Below, one piece after another: positions 61,957-64,000 of a stretch of DNA of 64,000 bases. Origin of the DNA: Felis catus. Taxonomy: Eukaryota. The notes below the pieces were generated by a model, which was given only the letters and a program-made list of their open reading frames with translations, was not told where the DNA came from and searched no databases. The position numbers and the translations under genes were made by a program. The stretch is taken from NCBI RefSeq assembly GCF_018350175.1, contig NC_058368.1, positions 45,882,001-45,946,000 of the forward strand, given 5' to 3'. Position 1 is the stretch's first letter, and every line of letters starts with the position of its first letter.

Positions 61957-62599
61957 TATCGGGAGAGCCGACAGAGGTTGACACCAGGGTACAGGCAGAA
62001 ATGGAAGACCTGGGAGAAACGGAAACTTTCCAGGCACTCTGGATGTTACCTAAGTAATCCACACTCCCCATCTCTCTCTGGCAGAGAGCCCAGCCCCAGC
62101 CCGGAGCCTTGGAGAAAAAGTCACCTGAGGCATGAGTATTAGGGCCTTCCTGAAATCCGAGTTTGAAGAGGGAAAATTGAAAGGTAACCAAAGGACACAA
62201 AGGGTCCAGGGGGAAAGGCAGCAGCCAGTAAAACTGCAAGAGGGGACAGAGAGCTGAGAGGCAACCACTGATGGGCAGACCACCTGGTGTGCCAAAGGTT
62301 GAGGGCCAACAAGAGAATTGACAGAAACCTTCTAGGCACTCAGATCCCTGCTAAGGGAAGATTATACTATCTTCGAATAATTTAAGCATGCAGCGAAGTG
62401 AATCCAACAAGCAACCACAAAGCCCCAAACCACTACTTACTACATTGCCTCAACTCACAAGCAAACAGCCTGATGCAAGCAGCCTACCCTTTTCTGAGCA
62501 TAAATATTATGTACTTCCATTTCATATCTGGCATTTAAATAAAAATAACACATGGAAATGTACAAAATCTGGACCATCATCAAGAGAAGATACTGTCAA

Positions 62600-64000
62600 A
62601 AGCTTTTAATGCATTATTGGATGATCATGTTTTTTGTCCTTATTCTATTAAAATTGTGTATTGCACTAATTGATTTTCAAATGCTAAACCAATTTTGCAT
62701 TCCTGAGATAAATCCCACTTGATCACAGTGTATAGTCCTTTTTATGTTTCTGTATTGGGTTTGCTAACATTCCGGAGGATTTTTTGTCTCTATTCATGAG
62801 TGCTAATGGTCTGTAGATGTGTGTGATGGCTTTCTTTAGCCTTATATTTAGGTATTAATATTGACCTCATAATTAATTAGAAAGACCTCTCTCGTCTGAG
62901 TGTTTGAATGATTAGTATTATTTCCTTTGAAATGTTTGATAGAGTTTCTAGGAAAGCCTGGGCTTTTGTGTTTCTAAAGATTTTTAATCACTAACTTAAT
63001 ATATTTACTTGTTATACATTTATTCAGATTTTTTATTCCTCTTGACTCAATTTTGGTAATTTGGCTCTTTCTGGTAATTTGCCCATTCCATCTAAGCTAT
63101 TTAATTTGTTGGTAAAAAGTTGTTTGTATTACTTTTTTATAATTATTTTCATTTCTGTAAGGTTAATAGTGATGACCCTTCTTTAATTCTTGTTTTTCAT
63201 AACTTGTGTCTTCAAGTTTAGGTATTTCTGGTGAATTTTTCATTGCAATTTTTTTTTTCATTTTTCAACACCAGAATTTCCATCGGCTACTTTTCTATAA
63301 TTTGTACCTCTTTACTGGTATCCACTCTTTAAGGAGTCATTCTCATACTTTCCTATAATTTTTTAAATATGGTTTCCTTTAGTTCCTTCAACATATTTGT
63401 AATGGTTTCTTTGAAGTCTTTGTGAAGTTCAACATCTGGACTTGCACAGACAGTTTATATTGATTTATTTTCGTGTGTGTGTCACATATTCCTATTTCTT
63501 TGTATGTCTCATAATACTTCATTGAAAACTGAACATTTTAGATAATATATTGTAGCAACTCTGGATTCTGGTGCCTGTGCCTATTGAATCTGCAGGTAGT
63601 TGTTTTTTTTTTTTTTTATTATATTTCTACCCACTTACTTGGACTAATTATTTAGAGTTTGCCTATTGTGCATTGCGAAGCCAGTGATCTCTCTTTTCAT
63701 TTTATCTATTCATTTGCTTATTTTTATTCAATTTAGATCCTACTGATCACAGGTTGATTATATAACTTAATAGTCAGCCAGTGATTGACCAGAGATAGTG
63801 TTTAAACACCTGGATTCAGTAAGGTTTCTACTCCGCAATGCATTTGTGTAAAGAATGAGCTATACATTCATAATTCAGGCAGTTTACAATTCTCCAAGTT
63901 TTTACTTTTTCCTGAATCTTGTCATGTCTTCTATGAACCTGCACATGGCCTTACATTCATGCAGGGACATGGAGATGACTGGGGCCTCTCCAGTGTCTCC
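62600..64000 (-). mobile_element. Old L1M fragments
   Basis: ttgcattcctgagataaatcccacttgatca...ccattccatctaagctatttaatttgttgg...ttttcaacaccagaatttcc. Confidence 0.8.

Overview
AT-rich, repeat-dense mammalian genomic DNA. The abundant tRNA-derived Can-SINEs (SINEC_Fc type) and cat-type L1 3' ends indicate a felid or feliform carnivore. I find no intact protein-coding exon, RNA gene or CpG island, so this is intergenic or deep-intronic sequence. None of the listed ORFs is supportable as a gene: many fall in repeats or low-complexity DNA and the rest show no recognisable protein. Between the usual SINE, L1, MaLR and MER repeats, hand translation of the apparently unique DNA reveals several very old, stop- and frameshift-ridden transposon coding fossils, all on the minus strand. 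The main one is a Ty3/gypsy retrotransposon relic with Mag/K02A2.6-like motifs. Its protease, RT, RNase H and integrase motifs can be followed in order from ~11530 to ~6950 once CR1, MER53, MER44, MER20 and SINE insertions are removed, with weaker gag (~12300-13000) and 3' end/PPT (~1450-2030) remnants. Also present are a near full-length ZNF862/C17orf113-like hAT transposase fossil (~30000-32590), a Tip100-like hAT fossil (~48410-50070) and a Charlie-like fragment (~39900-40350). All protein similarities are by-eye comparisons with remembered consensus motifs, not database results. Repeat subfamily names and boundaries are approximate.
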